32,000 nucleotides of DNA, taken from Thiocystis violascens DSM 198 (GTDB taxonomy: Bacteria > Pseudomonadota > Gammaproteobacteria > Chromatiales > Chromatiaceae). Position 1 is the first letter of the stretch, and each line of letters begins with the position of its first letter. This document shows, one piece after another, positions 1-7,958 of the stretch. The notes under the pieces are model-generated. The model did not search any database, had not been told where the DNA came from, and worked only from the letters and a program-made list of their open reading frames with translations. The stretch lies in NCBI RefSeq assembly GCF_000227745.2, contig NC_018012.1, positions 1,179,478 to 1,211,477 on the forward strand, read 5' to 3'. Made by a program: the position numbers and the translations under genes.

Positions 1-89
1 TTGCGCGGCCAGGCGCTCGCCGAGCTGGAGGAAAAGGCGCTGGTCGAGGACGAGAAAAATCCGGACCGCCATAGACGGCGTGTCAGACT

Positions 90-1187
90 CTATAGAACGA
101 TTTCGGGGCGTCCCGTCAGATACCCCTGACAAAGCTGGAAACCCATCTGACGGCAGACCTCGGCCTCTTCCTGGGTCTCGACACCTTCAGCCAGAGTCTG
201 CGATCCCAGGTCGGAAACGATCTTGACCAATTGCGCCAGCATCTGCTGTTTCTTGGGCGGGGCAAGATGAATGTCGCGAATCAGCCCCATGTCGAATTTC
301 ACGATATCGGCGGGAATCTCCGCCATCTCGCGCAGCCGGGCCTGTCCGGCGCCAAAATCGTCGTAGGCCATCAGCACCCCGCGCGCGCGCAGATGATCCG
401 CCACCGTCTTCATGGCATTGCCTTCATTCACGGCGGTTTCATGGATTTCCATCACCAGCTCCATCCGTGGCGCAATCGCGCGAATCCGGTCGATGGAGGG
501 CAAAAACGAGTCCATGAACATCTCGCGCGGATGGCTGTTCATGAACAGCCGCACGGTCCCGCCCCGTTGCGAGGCGGCTTGAGCGCCGCGAACCCGAAAG
601 GCATGGGAAAGCTCGACCTCCTTGCGCAATTTTTCGGCAAGCAGGAAGAGGTGATAGGGAGACTGCGGCAAGGCCAAATGCGCGCCGCGTCCCAACACTT
701 CATAGGCGAGAACATCGAGCGTCTGAAAATCGACGATCGGCTGCCAGGCGACCCGCAACTGGCCGCTTAACAGCATCTCCATGAATTGCGGCTCCAACAG
801 CAGGAAATTCTCGGGCAGGCTGCTGTCGACCGCGAACAGACAGGTTTGGTCGGTCACGGTCCCTTTGGAAAGAAGCGCGCTGTCGACCTGACGATCGACG
901 CGAAACTCGGCCGTCCCAAAATGGAGGATATCGCCTTCCGCGGCAGGCGTGGGGGCCATAATGCGCTGGCGATTGAGATAAGTGCCGTTGGTACTGCCAA
1001 GATCGGTGACGAATAATTCGCCCTTTTCATTCAGATCCAGGCTGGCATGAACGCGCGAGACTCCGGTGGAATCGATGCTCAGGGTGCATTGGGTACTGCG
1101 TCCGACGGTCACCGGGAAGGTGCGCATGGGGACGAGCAGGGTATTGCCATCGACCGGGGCGCCTTTCAGAAACCAGGTTTTCATCAT
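90..1187 (-). CDS. FHA-domain / EAL-domain protein (putative c-di-GMP phosphodiesterase)
   Basis: ORF 90..1229(-). N-terminal FHA-like block (VGRSTQCTLSI..VSRVHASL..DLGSTNGTYLN). It is followed by EAL-domain motifs in canonical order (YEVLGRG, FMNSHP, MEIHET, DDFGAG, KFD, AEGVETQEE, QGY). The track start at 1229 is TTG. The ATG-ATG at 1187/1184, preceded by GAGGGA, is the more likely start. Confidence 0.85.
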   Translation of the reverse strand: MMKTWFLKGAPVDGNTLLVPMRTFPVTVGRSTQCTLSIDSTGVSRVHASLDLNEKGELFVTDLGSTNGTYLNRQRIMAPTPAAEGDILHFGTAEFRVDRQVDSALLSKGTVTDQTCLFAVDSSLPENFLLLEPQFMEMLLSGQLRVAWQPIVDFQTLDVLAYEVLGRGAHLALPQSPYHLFLLAEKLRKEVELSHAFRVRGAQAASQRGGTVRLFMNSHPREMFMDSFLPSIDRIRAIAPRMELVMEIHETAVNEGNAMKTVADHLRARGVLMAYDDFGAGQARLREMAEIPADIVKFDMGLIRDIHLAPPKKQQMLAQLVKIVSDLGSQTLAEGVETQEEAEVCRQMGFQLCQGYLTGRPEIVL

Positions 1188-1212
1188 CGGTATCCCTCGA
1201 ATGCGAGATTGA

Positions 1213-1995
1213 TTACGTTGCACCAGCAAACTGAATCACCGCAAAAATCGCGCCCTGCGGATCGCCCAGAAAGGCAAACCGCCCCACGCCCTCGACCTCC
1301 ATCGGCTCCATGACGAGACTGCCGCCAAGCTTTTTCGTCTCGGCGACAACCCAGTCGCAATCGGCAACCCCGAAATAGGTTGACCAGTTCGGCGGCATCG
1401 GCCCCCAGCGTTTGTCCAGTTCCAGCATCCCGCCAACCTCCTGGCCGGCGAGTTCGAAAATGAAATAGTTGACGTCGGCCAACTGGCCGCTAGGCCGGGC
1501 GGTCCAGCCAAAGAGCCCCTGGTAAAAGGCCGCGGCCGCCGCGGTGTCGCGGGTCTGGAGTTCGCACCAACTGCGCGCGCCCACGGTGTTATCGATCTCG
1601 GCGCCGAGGTGCTTGCGCGGCTCCCACAGGCCGATCACGGCCTTGGTCGGATCCTGGACGAAGCACAGACGACCCGTCTCCATCACGTCCACGACCGGCA
1701 TGACCACCCGGCCGCCAAGCTGTTCCGCCCGCTCGGCGCTGGCCTGCGCGTCGGTCACGGCCACATAGACGGCCCAATAGGGAAAGGCGCCCTGCTCCGG
1801 CGCCATTTCGTAGAGCGCGCAGGCGAGCTTGCCGCCGCTGAACAGATGCGTATACGGAATCTCATAGTCGGTCGGGACATCCCGCGCGGTCCAGCCAAAA
1901 ATGGCGCCGTAAAACGCCTTGGCCGACTCCGGCGCGTTGGTCGCCAGGTCGACCCAGCAGAAGGCTCCGGGTGGGTAGCTCGTCATCTCGCCCAT
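1213..1995 (-). CDS. VOC (glyoxalase/bleomycin-resistance/dioxygenase) family protein, two tandem VOC halves
   Basis: ORF 1213..2121(-). Two internally repeated halves (AKAFYGAIFGWTA.. and AAAFYQGLFGWTA..) typical of VOC-fold proteins. The ATG at 1995 (MGEMTSY) has GAGGA 7 nt upstream and lies 10 nt after the upstream gene's stop. The longer track start would overlap that gene. Confidence 0.8.
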   Translation of the reverse strand: MGEMTSYPPGAFCWVDLATNAPESAKAFYGAIFGWTARDVPTDYEIPYTHLFSGGKLACALYEMAPEQGAFPYWAVYVAVTDAQASAERAEQLGGRVVMPVVDVMETGRLCFVQDPTKAVIGLWEPRKHLGAEIDNTVGARSWCELQTRDTAAAAAFYQGLFGWTARPSGQLADVNYFIFELAGQEVGGMLELDKRWGPMPPNWSTYFGVADCDWVVAETKKLGGSLVMEPMEVEGVGRFAFLGDPQGAIFAVIQFAGAT

Positions 1996-2005
1996 GGTAT
2001 CGTCC

Positions 2006-2620
2006 TCATTGGTCCTGGAGATCGTCGTGATTCTTCGGTCGGCGACGCGGCAGAATGCGCGTTGCCGGTTCGACCTCGATCGCACTGTAGGCACGCTCCT
2101 CGGCGGCCAGCCGCTTGGCATTGATCATCTTCTCCTGACGCACCCGCACCGTGTAGCCCAGCGCGGCCCCGCCGGCGGCGGTGAGCGTGATCAGGCCCAG
2201 GGTCATGAATTGAGCGACCATCATGGCCACGCCCAGACCGACCGTCCCCCCGACCACCACCCCGGTCTTCAGACTCATGCCCGCCGAGGCGCGGTTGCGC
2301 GCCTTGGCCGCGAGGCGCTCATTGGAACGCCCGTCCTTGGCCCGCTGCTGCTCGGCCTTGACGCGGATCTTTTCGCGCTCCTTGGAAAAACGCTCGCTGA
2401 GACGCGAGACCGCGCGATGCCGGTCCGCGTAGACGATGGTGTTGAACCAGAATGCCACCAGCACCCCGATCGCCCCGCCGAGCAGGGCAAACAGCGGCCA
2501 GGTCACCGACCAATCGGTCTTGAGCGCGGTATAGACCAGGAGCAGGGTGACACCCTGCAGGAGCAGGATGCCGATCAGAAACCGGATGAAACTGCCGAGA
2601 CTGTCGGGGATGATGTTCAT
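2006..2620 (-). CDS. hypothetical inner-membrane protein (2 TM, basic coiled-coil-like linker, 2 TM)
   Basis: 204-aa ORF with GC-rich third positions and an ATG start. Hydrophobic segments FIRFLIGILLLQGVTLLLVY, WPLFALLGGAIGVLVAFWF and VVVGGTVGLGVAMMVAQFMTLGLITLTAAGGAALGY. A Lys/Arg/Glu-rich central segment. No family recognised. Confidence 0.6.
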   Translation of the reverse strand: MNIIPDSLGSFIRFLIGILLLQGVTLLLVYTALKTDWSVTWPLFALLGGAIGVLVAFWFNTIVYADRHRAVSRLSERFSKEREKIRVKAEQQRAKDGRSNERLAAKARNRASAGMSLKTGVVVGGTVGLGVAMMVAQFMTLGLITLTAAGGAALGYTVRVRQEKMINAKRLAAEERAYSAIEVEPATRILPRRRPKNHDDLQDQ

Positions 2621-2679
2621 GGATGACTCGGATCGCCTCCTTCTGGCGCTCGATTGCCGGGCCGGACTGGCCAGGATGC

Positions 2680-4047
2680 TTAAGTCAGGGATGGCGCACG
2701 GAGATCTCCCGTGTGCGCTTCGGCGAAACGTCCGATCATGAAGACCCAGGCGTTTTGGATTTTCGTCTTGAACTCCGACATAACGGCCGGCTTCATCGGA
2801 AGTCCGAGCAAGCGGTCGCGGATCAGGAGCAGACTCTCGACCCGCCCGCTCGCTTCGGGCGGAATGGGACGATCATAGGCATCGACGATGCCATAGATGT
2901 ATTCGGCCCCGATCATGGACAGGTCCGCCACCAGCCTGGGCGCGTCCTGGCCGGTTGGCGTAAAGCGCGGCTCCAGGGTCGAAATCAGAAAGGGTCCGGC
3001 ACCCGTGTCCAGCGTTGCCGCCAACGGCGCATGCCCTTCCTGGCGCAGGGATTGCCCAAGATGGCGGCGCATATGATTCGACAGATCGACGGCGACCTGC
3101 TCGATCAGGGGACGTCCTAAATTCTCGGCGCTGATCGGCACCAGAAAGGCGGGCGTTTCGGGGGTTGGACCAGAATTGTTTTCATCCGAGGTGGTGACAT
3201 AGGTCTCGATCACCCGAAAGAGTTCCCGATACCGCGCGGCATCGCTCTCGGAGGCGTTGGCGAACCCGCGTCCGAGGAGGACGAAGGTATAGATCCCATA
3301 ACCGGGGATGGCGTCCTCGTAGAGCCGATTCAGCGCCATCGCGCTATCGAGTCGTGAGAAGTCGCCGGTGGACGGAAAATAGAGCATGCCGTAGGCCAGG
3401 ATCTCCTCGGGCCGTGGGTCGGACTCCGTCATGCTGGCATGACGGGCAAGCCCCGCCTTTGCCGCGGATTGGATTTTGCGCGCGGCGCCGGAGCCATGAA
3501 TGGAACGGGCGCGCGCGACGATCGGATCGAGGCTGTCCGGCCCTCCCCGCGTCACCATTTCGGTCAGGATGTCGGTGAGCGTCCCGCAATTGCCGAGCAG
3601 CAACGCCTCGGTTCCGGTGGCCGGATCGACCCCCGAGAAATACAGGTCAGCGACCAGGGATCGCAAAAAATGCCGGTCGCCGACCGCGCGCGGGTCGCCG
3701 CAGGCGTCGGCCACTTGTTTACGCAGCCGTAGCGGATCCGGACTATAGAGGTTGGAGACCACGCCGGCCTCGCCCGACACATCGGCTCCTGAAGCGGACC
3801 GATCACCGCCGGACAAGACCCTGGGCGCCTCCGGCAGAGGCATGGGGAATCGCCTCGTCGCGCCGTCGCGAACGTCGCCCGCCACGGCGTTCTCCGTAGC
3901 GGACGGTTGCAAGGTGCCACAGCCAGCCAGCAGCAGGAGCAGGAGCAGGCCCGGCAACAGCCAGCGCGAAACCGCGAGCGCAAACGGCCGCGCACGCCAT
4001 GGCCTTGCGACGAAACAGGACACGGATGGTCGATGCGAGCGCTTCAC
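2680..4047 (-). CDS. hypothetical lipoprotein (455 aa)
   Basis: GTG start. Positively charged N-region, then LLPGLLLLLLLAGC, a lipobox-like L-A-G-C. The remainder is globular with no motif I recognise. Coding-like codon bias throughout. Confidence 0.65.
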   Translation of the reverse strand: MKRSHRPSVSCFVARPWRARPFALAVSRWLLPGLLLLLLLAGCGTLQPSATENAVAGDVRDGATRRFPMPLPEAPRVLSGGDRSASGADVSGEAGVVSNLYSPDPLRLRKQVADACGDPRAVGDRHFLRSLVADLYFSGVDPATGTEALLLGNCGTLTDILTEMVTRGGPDSLDPIVARARSIHGSGAARKIQSAAKAGLARHASMTESDPRPEEILAYGMLYFPSTGDFSRLDSAMALNRLYEDAIPGYGIYTFVLLGRGFANASESDAARYRELFRVIETYVTTSDENNSGPTPETPAFLVPISAENLGRPLIEQVAVDLSNHMRRHLGQSLRQEGHAPLAATLDTGAGPFLISTLEPRFTPTGQDAPRLVADLSMIGAEYIYGIVDAYDRPIPPEASGRVESLLLIRDRLLGLPMKPAVMSEFKTKIQNAWVFMIGRFAEAHTGDLRAPSLT

Positions 4048-4106
4048 GGTTCGAGGGTCTCAAACGGCAGTCTCAGGTGACAGGCATGATAGCGGATCGC
4101 GCGGCG

Positions 4107-4532
4107 CTAATCATCGCGTCGATAATCCCCCTCGATGATGCGCGGATGCTCGCCCCGGCCGCCAGGCGGCTGGCGGGACACCGGAACCAAATCGATCGAA
4201 CGGCCGATGACCCAGCCCCGCAGCGGCGGGATCAAGAGCAAAAACCCGATACTGTCGGTGAGAAACCCCGGCAGCAGCAGGAAGAAACCGGCCATCAGCA
4301 AGAGCGCCCCGTCCAGCATCGCGAGCGCGGGCGCCTCGCCCCGGTCCAGCATCTCGCGCACGCGCAGAAGCACGCTGAAACCCTGATGACGCACCAGCAG
4401 GGTGCCGATGACCGCGGTTAGAATCGAGAGCCCGATGGTGGGCAGCGCGCCAATTTCGGAGCCGACCTGGATCAGAAAATAGATCTCGATCAGCGGCAGG
4501 CCGATCAGAATGACGAGAAAAAAGAGCACCAT
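4107..4532 (-). CDS. fxsA: FxsA family membrane protein
   Basis: From the ATG at 4532: MVLFFLVILIGLPLIEIYFLIQVGSEIGALPTIGLSILTAVIGTLLVR ... LLLPGFLTDSIGFLLLIPPLR. This matches the FxsA/UPF0716 signature as I remember it. The longer track ORF (to 4598) adds an Arg-rich, non-membrane leader. Confidence 0.8.
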   Translation of the reverse strand: MVLFFLVILIGLPLIEIYFLIQVGSEIGALPTIGLSILTAVIGTLLVRHQGFSVLLRVREMLDRGEAPALAMLDGALLLMAGFFLLLPGFLTDSIGFLLLIPPLRGWVIGRSIDLVPVSRQPPGGRGEHPRIIEGDYRRDD

Positions 4533-4625
4533 GACGTTCTCCAGAAAGATAAACCGCAACCGGCGTCGCGGCGCGCGAATTGGCGCCGATGGACGCAAGA
4601 ATACAGACTATGCCAAACCGGAACC

Positions 4626-4976
4626 ATGCAGGGAGAAAACCGACCGATGAATGCGCGTCACCGCCTGTTATTCTGCGCCTGTCCCGATCGGGAGACGGCG
4701 CTCGCGCTCGCCGAGCGACTGGTCGAAGAGCGGCTCGCCGCCTGCGTCAACCTGCTCCCCGGCGTCACGTCCGTCTACCGCTGGGAGGGCGAACTGCAAC
4801 GCGAATCGGAGGTTCTGCTGCTGATCAAAACCGTCCGGGAGCGCGTCGATCCCGTCATCGCGCGGCTGCGTCAGTTGCATCCCTATGAGGTACCGGAGAT
4901 GATCGCCGTTCCGATCACCGAAGGATTAGACGACTACTTGAGCTGGGTAACCACATGCGCCAACGAGCCAGACTGA
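4626..4976 (+). CDS. cutA: divalent-cation tolerance protein CutA
   Basis: CutA1-like sequence (AACVNLLPGVTSVYRWEGELQRESEVLLLIKT..HPYEVPEMIAVPI). It sits immediately upstream of dsbD, as in E. coli cutA-dsbD. Alternative start at 4647. Confidence 0.9.
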   Translation: MQGENRPMNARHRLLFCACPDRETALALAERLVEERLAACVNLLPGVTSVYRWEGELQRESEVLLLIKTVRERVDPVIARLRQLHPYEVPEMIAVPITEGLDDYLSWVTTCANEPD

Positions 4977-7360
4977 CCCCCGAGACCGAACACCCGGCGT
5001 CCCCGCGCGGCGTCACGACGCGGCGCCTCATCCCGCTCGTTCGGCGTCTGTACGTCCTCTTCGTCCTGCTGGCGACCGGCACCGGATTCCCCACACTGGC
5101 GCAGGACGACTTTTTGCTGCCTGACCAGGCCTTCCGCGTCTCCGGTCAGGCGGATGGCCCGGAGGCGGTGCATGTGCGCTGGGAGATCGCCGACGGCTAC
5201 TATCTTTATGCCAACAAGTTCCGTTTCCAGTCCAAGACGCTCGGCATCGCCGTCGGCAACCCGGCACTGCCCGACCCGGAACTCAAGCAGGACGCGTTCT
5301 TCGGCGAGGTGTCCATCTACCGCGACCGGGCCGAGATCCGTCTGCCGATCGTCCGCGATCCTGGCTCGGAAGACATCCTAACCCTGGAAGTCGCCTCCCA
5401 GGGCTGCGCGGACGCGGGACTCTGTTATCCGCCGCACCGTCAGACGCTGCTGCTGGATCTGCCCGAGCGCACTGCCGCGCCAGCCGCCGCGTCATCGAGC
5501 CTCTCCGCCAGGGCGTCACCGCTTCCGGCCGACCTTGGGCCATCGCTGAGCGTCGGCGCGGATGACGAGATCCTCGCCGCCGAGGACGCCTTTCGCTTCC
5601 TCGCCGAGGTGACTGCGCCCGATCAGATCCAGTTGACCTGGAACATCGCGCCCGGCACCTATCTCTATCGGCATCTGGTCGAGGTCACGCTGGAAGACGG
5701 TGGCGAAACCGCCATCGGCGACTTCGAGCGACCGGCGGGCGACATCAAAAAGGACTCGATCCTGCCGGATGGCAGTCTCGGCGATATCGAGGTCTATCAC
5801 GACCGGATCGATCTCGCCATCCCACTGCTACGCGGCTCCGCCGCCCCGACCGCGGTCACGCTGGTCGCCAAATACCAGGGCTGCGCCGACATCGGCATCT
5901 GCTACCCGCCGCAAACCCAGCGGATCACGCTCAACCTGCCGGAAGCCTCGGCGACCGTCGCGCGCCCGACCGAACTCCAGGCGAACGTCGCCCGCTCCAT
6001 TCAGCCGATCTCCGAGCCAATTTCCGACCCGGCCGCCGAGCCGGTGTCCGAACAGGATCGGATCGCCTCGGTCCTCGCGGGCGGCAGTCTCTGGGCCATC
6101 GTCGCGGTCTTCTTCGGGTTCGGTCTGTTGCTGGCCTTCACGCCCTGCGTTTTCCCGATGATCCCGATCCTGTCCGGCATCATCGCCGGCCACGCCGCGA
6201 CCTCGCCCGGCACGCCCATGACCACCCGCAAGGCGTTCACGCTCTCGCTGGTCTATGTCCTGGCGATGGCGCTCACCTATACCGTCGTCGGCGTGCTGGC
6301 CGGGCTGTTCGGCGCCAACCTCCAGGCGGTTTTTCAGAATCCCTGGATTCTGATCGCCTTCGCGCTGATCTTCGTGCTCCTGGCGCTCTCCATGTTCGGT
6401 TTTTATGACCTGCAACTGCCGTCGAGCCTGCAATCCCGGCTCGCCACCATCAGCAACCGTCAACAGGGCGGCACCCTGCTCGGCGTCGCCATCATGGGTC
6501 TGCTGTCGGCCCTGATCGTCGGACCCTGCGTCGCGCCTCCGCTGTTCGGCGCGCTCATCTATATCAGCCAGACCGGCGACGCCGTCCTCGGCGGGATCGC
6601 CCTCTTCGCGCTCAGTCTGGGCATGGGCGCGCCGCTCATCGCCATCGGCGCCTCGGCGGGCAAGCTGCTGCCCCGCGCCGGGGCCTGGATGGAGGCCGTC
6701 AAGGCCGTGTTCGGCGTCGCCCTGCTCGGGGTCGCGATCCTGCTGCTCGAACGCATCCTGCCGCCAGCGGTGTCCATGCTGCTCTGGGGCCTGCTCCTGA
6801 TCTGCTCGGCGGTCTACCTGGGCGCGCTGACCCATCTGCCGCCCGGCGGCAGCGGCTGGAGCAAGCTCTGGAAAGGGTTCGGCGTCTTTCTGCTCGTCTA
6901 CGGCGCACTGATGCTGCTGGGCGCCGCTGCCGGGGGCAAGGACACGCTCCAGCCGCTGCGGGGCCTGACTCCGCCCGGCGGCGGGGTCGCCCATGCGACC
7001 TTCCAGCGCGTCAAGACCAGCGCGGATCTCGACCGGGCGCTGACGGCGGCCAGGGCCGCCGGCAAACCCGTCATGCTCGATTTCTATGCCGACTGGTGCG
7101 TCTCCTGCAAGGAAATGGAACGCTACACCTTCAGCGATCCGGCGGTGATCGCGGAGCTGGGCCGCTTCGTGCTGCTCCAGTCCGACGTCACCGCGAATGA
7201 CACGGAAGATCAAGCATTGATGCAGGGCCGCTTCGGCATCCCCGGACCGCCGGCCATGCTGTTCTTCGATCCGGCGGGCGAGGAACGCAAGGGCTACCGG
7301 CTGGTTGGCTTCACGCCCGCCGACGCCTTCGCGGCGCACCTGCGCCGGGCCGTGCCATGA
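4955..7360 (+). CDS. dsbD: thiol:disulfide interchange protein DsbD (protein-disulfide reductase) with a duplicated N-terminal domain
   Basis: Signal peptide. Two nDsbD-like domains, each with C-x5-C (QGCADAGLCYPP and QGCADIGICYPP). Multi-TM core with FTPCVFPM and VGPCVAPP. C-terminal thioredoxin fold (DFYADWCVSCKEME). Confidence 0.9.
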   Translation: MRQRARLTPETEHPASPRGVTTRRLIPLVRRLYVLFVLLATGTGFPTLAQDDFLLPDQAFRVSGQADGPEAVHVRWEIADGYYLYANKFRFQSKTLGIAVGNPALPDPELKQDAFFGEVSIYRDRAEIRLPIVRDPGSEDILTLEVASQGCADAGLCYPPHRQTLLLDLPERTAAPAAASSSLSARASPLPADLGPSLSVGADDEILAAEDAFRFLAEVTAPDQIQLTWNIAPGTYLYRHLVEVTLEDGGETAIGDFERPAGDIKKDSILPDGSLGDIEVYHDRIDLAIPLLRGSAAPTAVTLVAKYQGCADIGICYPPQTQRITLNLPEASATVARPTELQANVARSIQPISEPISDPAAEPVSEQDRIASVLAGGSLWAIVAVFFGFGLLLAFTPCVFPMIPILSGIIAGHAATSPGTPMTTRKAFTLSLVYVLAMALTYTVVGVLAGLFGANLQAVFQNPWILIAFALIFVLLALSMFGFYDLQLPSSLQSRLATISNRQQGGTLLGVAIMGLLSALIVGPCVAPPLFGALIYISQTGDAVLGGIALFALSLGMGAPLIAIGASAGKLLPRAGAWMEAVKAVFGVALLGVAILLLERILPPAVSMLLWGLLLICSAVYLGALTHLPPGGSGWSKLWKGFGVFLLVYGALMLLGAAAGGKDTLQPLRGLTPPGGGVAHATFQRVKTSADLDRALTAARAAGKPVMLDFYADWCVSCKEMERYTFSDPAVIAELGRFVLLQSDVTANDTEDQALMQGRFGIPGPPAMLFFDPAGEERKGYRLVGFTPADAFAAHLRRAVP

Positions 7361-7938
7361 AGCCAATCAAGGTGATCATGGTGACCTTCCTCGCCGGCGG
7401 GATCAGCATCGGGGCGGCCATCTTCGGGCAGCGCTGGGTGCTCGAAAGTCCGCTGATCGAGGGGCTTGGCAAGCGGCCTGAAACGGACATCCAGACCCTG
7501 CCGGACTTCCGCCTGCCCGACCTCAACGGCCATTTGGTCGCCAGTAACGCCTGGGCCGGCAAGGTTCTTGTGCTCAACTACTGGGCCAGTTGGTGTCCGC
7601 CCTGCGTGCGCGAACTGCCGCTGTTTATCCGCCTGCAAAACGATCTCCATGAATCGGGCGTGCAGTTCGTCGGGATCGCCGTGGACCGTGTCGAGGATGT
7701 CAAGCGCTTCGTCGCGGACGATCCGATCAACTATCCGCTATTGATCGCCGACGCCGATGCCGTTGCCCTTGCGAAACGACTCGGGAACCGAGTCGAGGGA
7801 CTACCCTTTACCGTCATCTTCGACCGGCGTGGGCGAAGAGTATTCAGTCGGATCGGAGAGGTAACAGCGAACGAACTGGAGGCACGGCTTGCCGCATTGG
7901 TCGAACATGGCGGGCGTCAATCAACGCGCGTGGACTGA
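7357..7938 (+). CDS. TlpA/ResA-family periplasmic thiol-disulfide oxidoreductase
   Basis: N-terminal TM anchor. Thioredoxin motif NYWASWCPPCVRELP. ATGA start/stop overlap with dsbD. Confidence 0.85.
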   Translation: MKPIKVIMVTFLAGGISIGAAIFGQRWVLESPLIEGLGKRPETDIQTLPDFRLPDLNGHLVASNAWAGKVLVLNYWASWCPPCVRELPLFIRLQNDLHESGVQFVGIAVDRVEDVKRFVADDPINYPLLIADADAVALAKRLGNRVEGLPFTVIFDRRGRRVFSRIGEVTANELEARLAALVEHGGRQSTRVD

Positions 7939-7958
7939 GCGATCCACGGAAATCGCGG

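Noticed and set aside
1-129. Partial gene at the left edge. Either a + strand ORF entering the window and ending at the TGA at 127-129 (..LRGQALAELEEKALVEDEKNPDRH..), or a - strand ORF starting at the ATG at 72 (MAVRIFLVLDQRLFLQLGERLAAQ..) and leaving the window.
   Set aside because: Both frames have GC-rich third positions and cannot be told apart with about 24-42 codons. The + strand option would overlap the EAL gene's 3' end by 40 nt, and the - strand option lacks a clear Shine-Dalgarno. No call was made.
5828-7366. 512-aa ORF on the - strand, opposite dsbD
   Set aside because: It lies antisense to a gene with clear DsbD motifs. Its translation is a low-complexity Arg/Gly/Ala/Asp-rich product typical of spurious antisense ORFs in GC-rich DNA.
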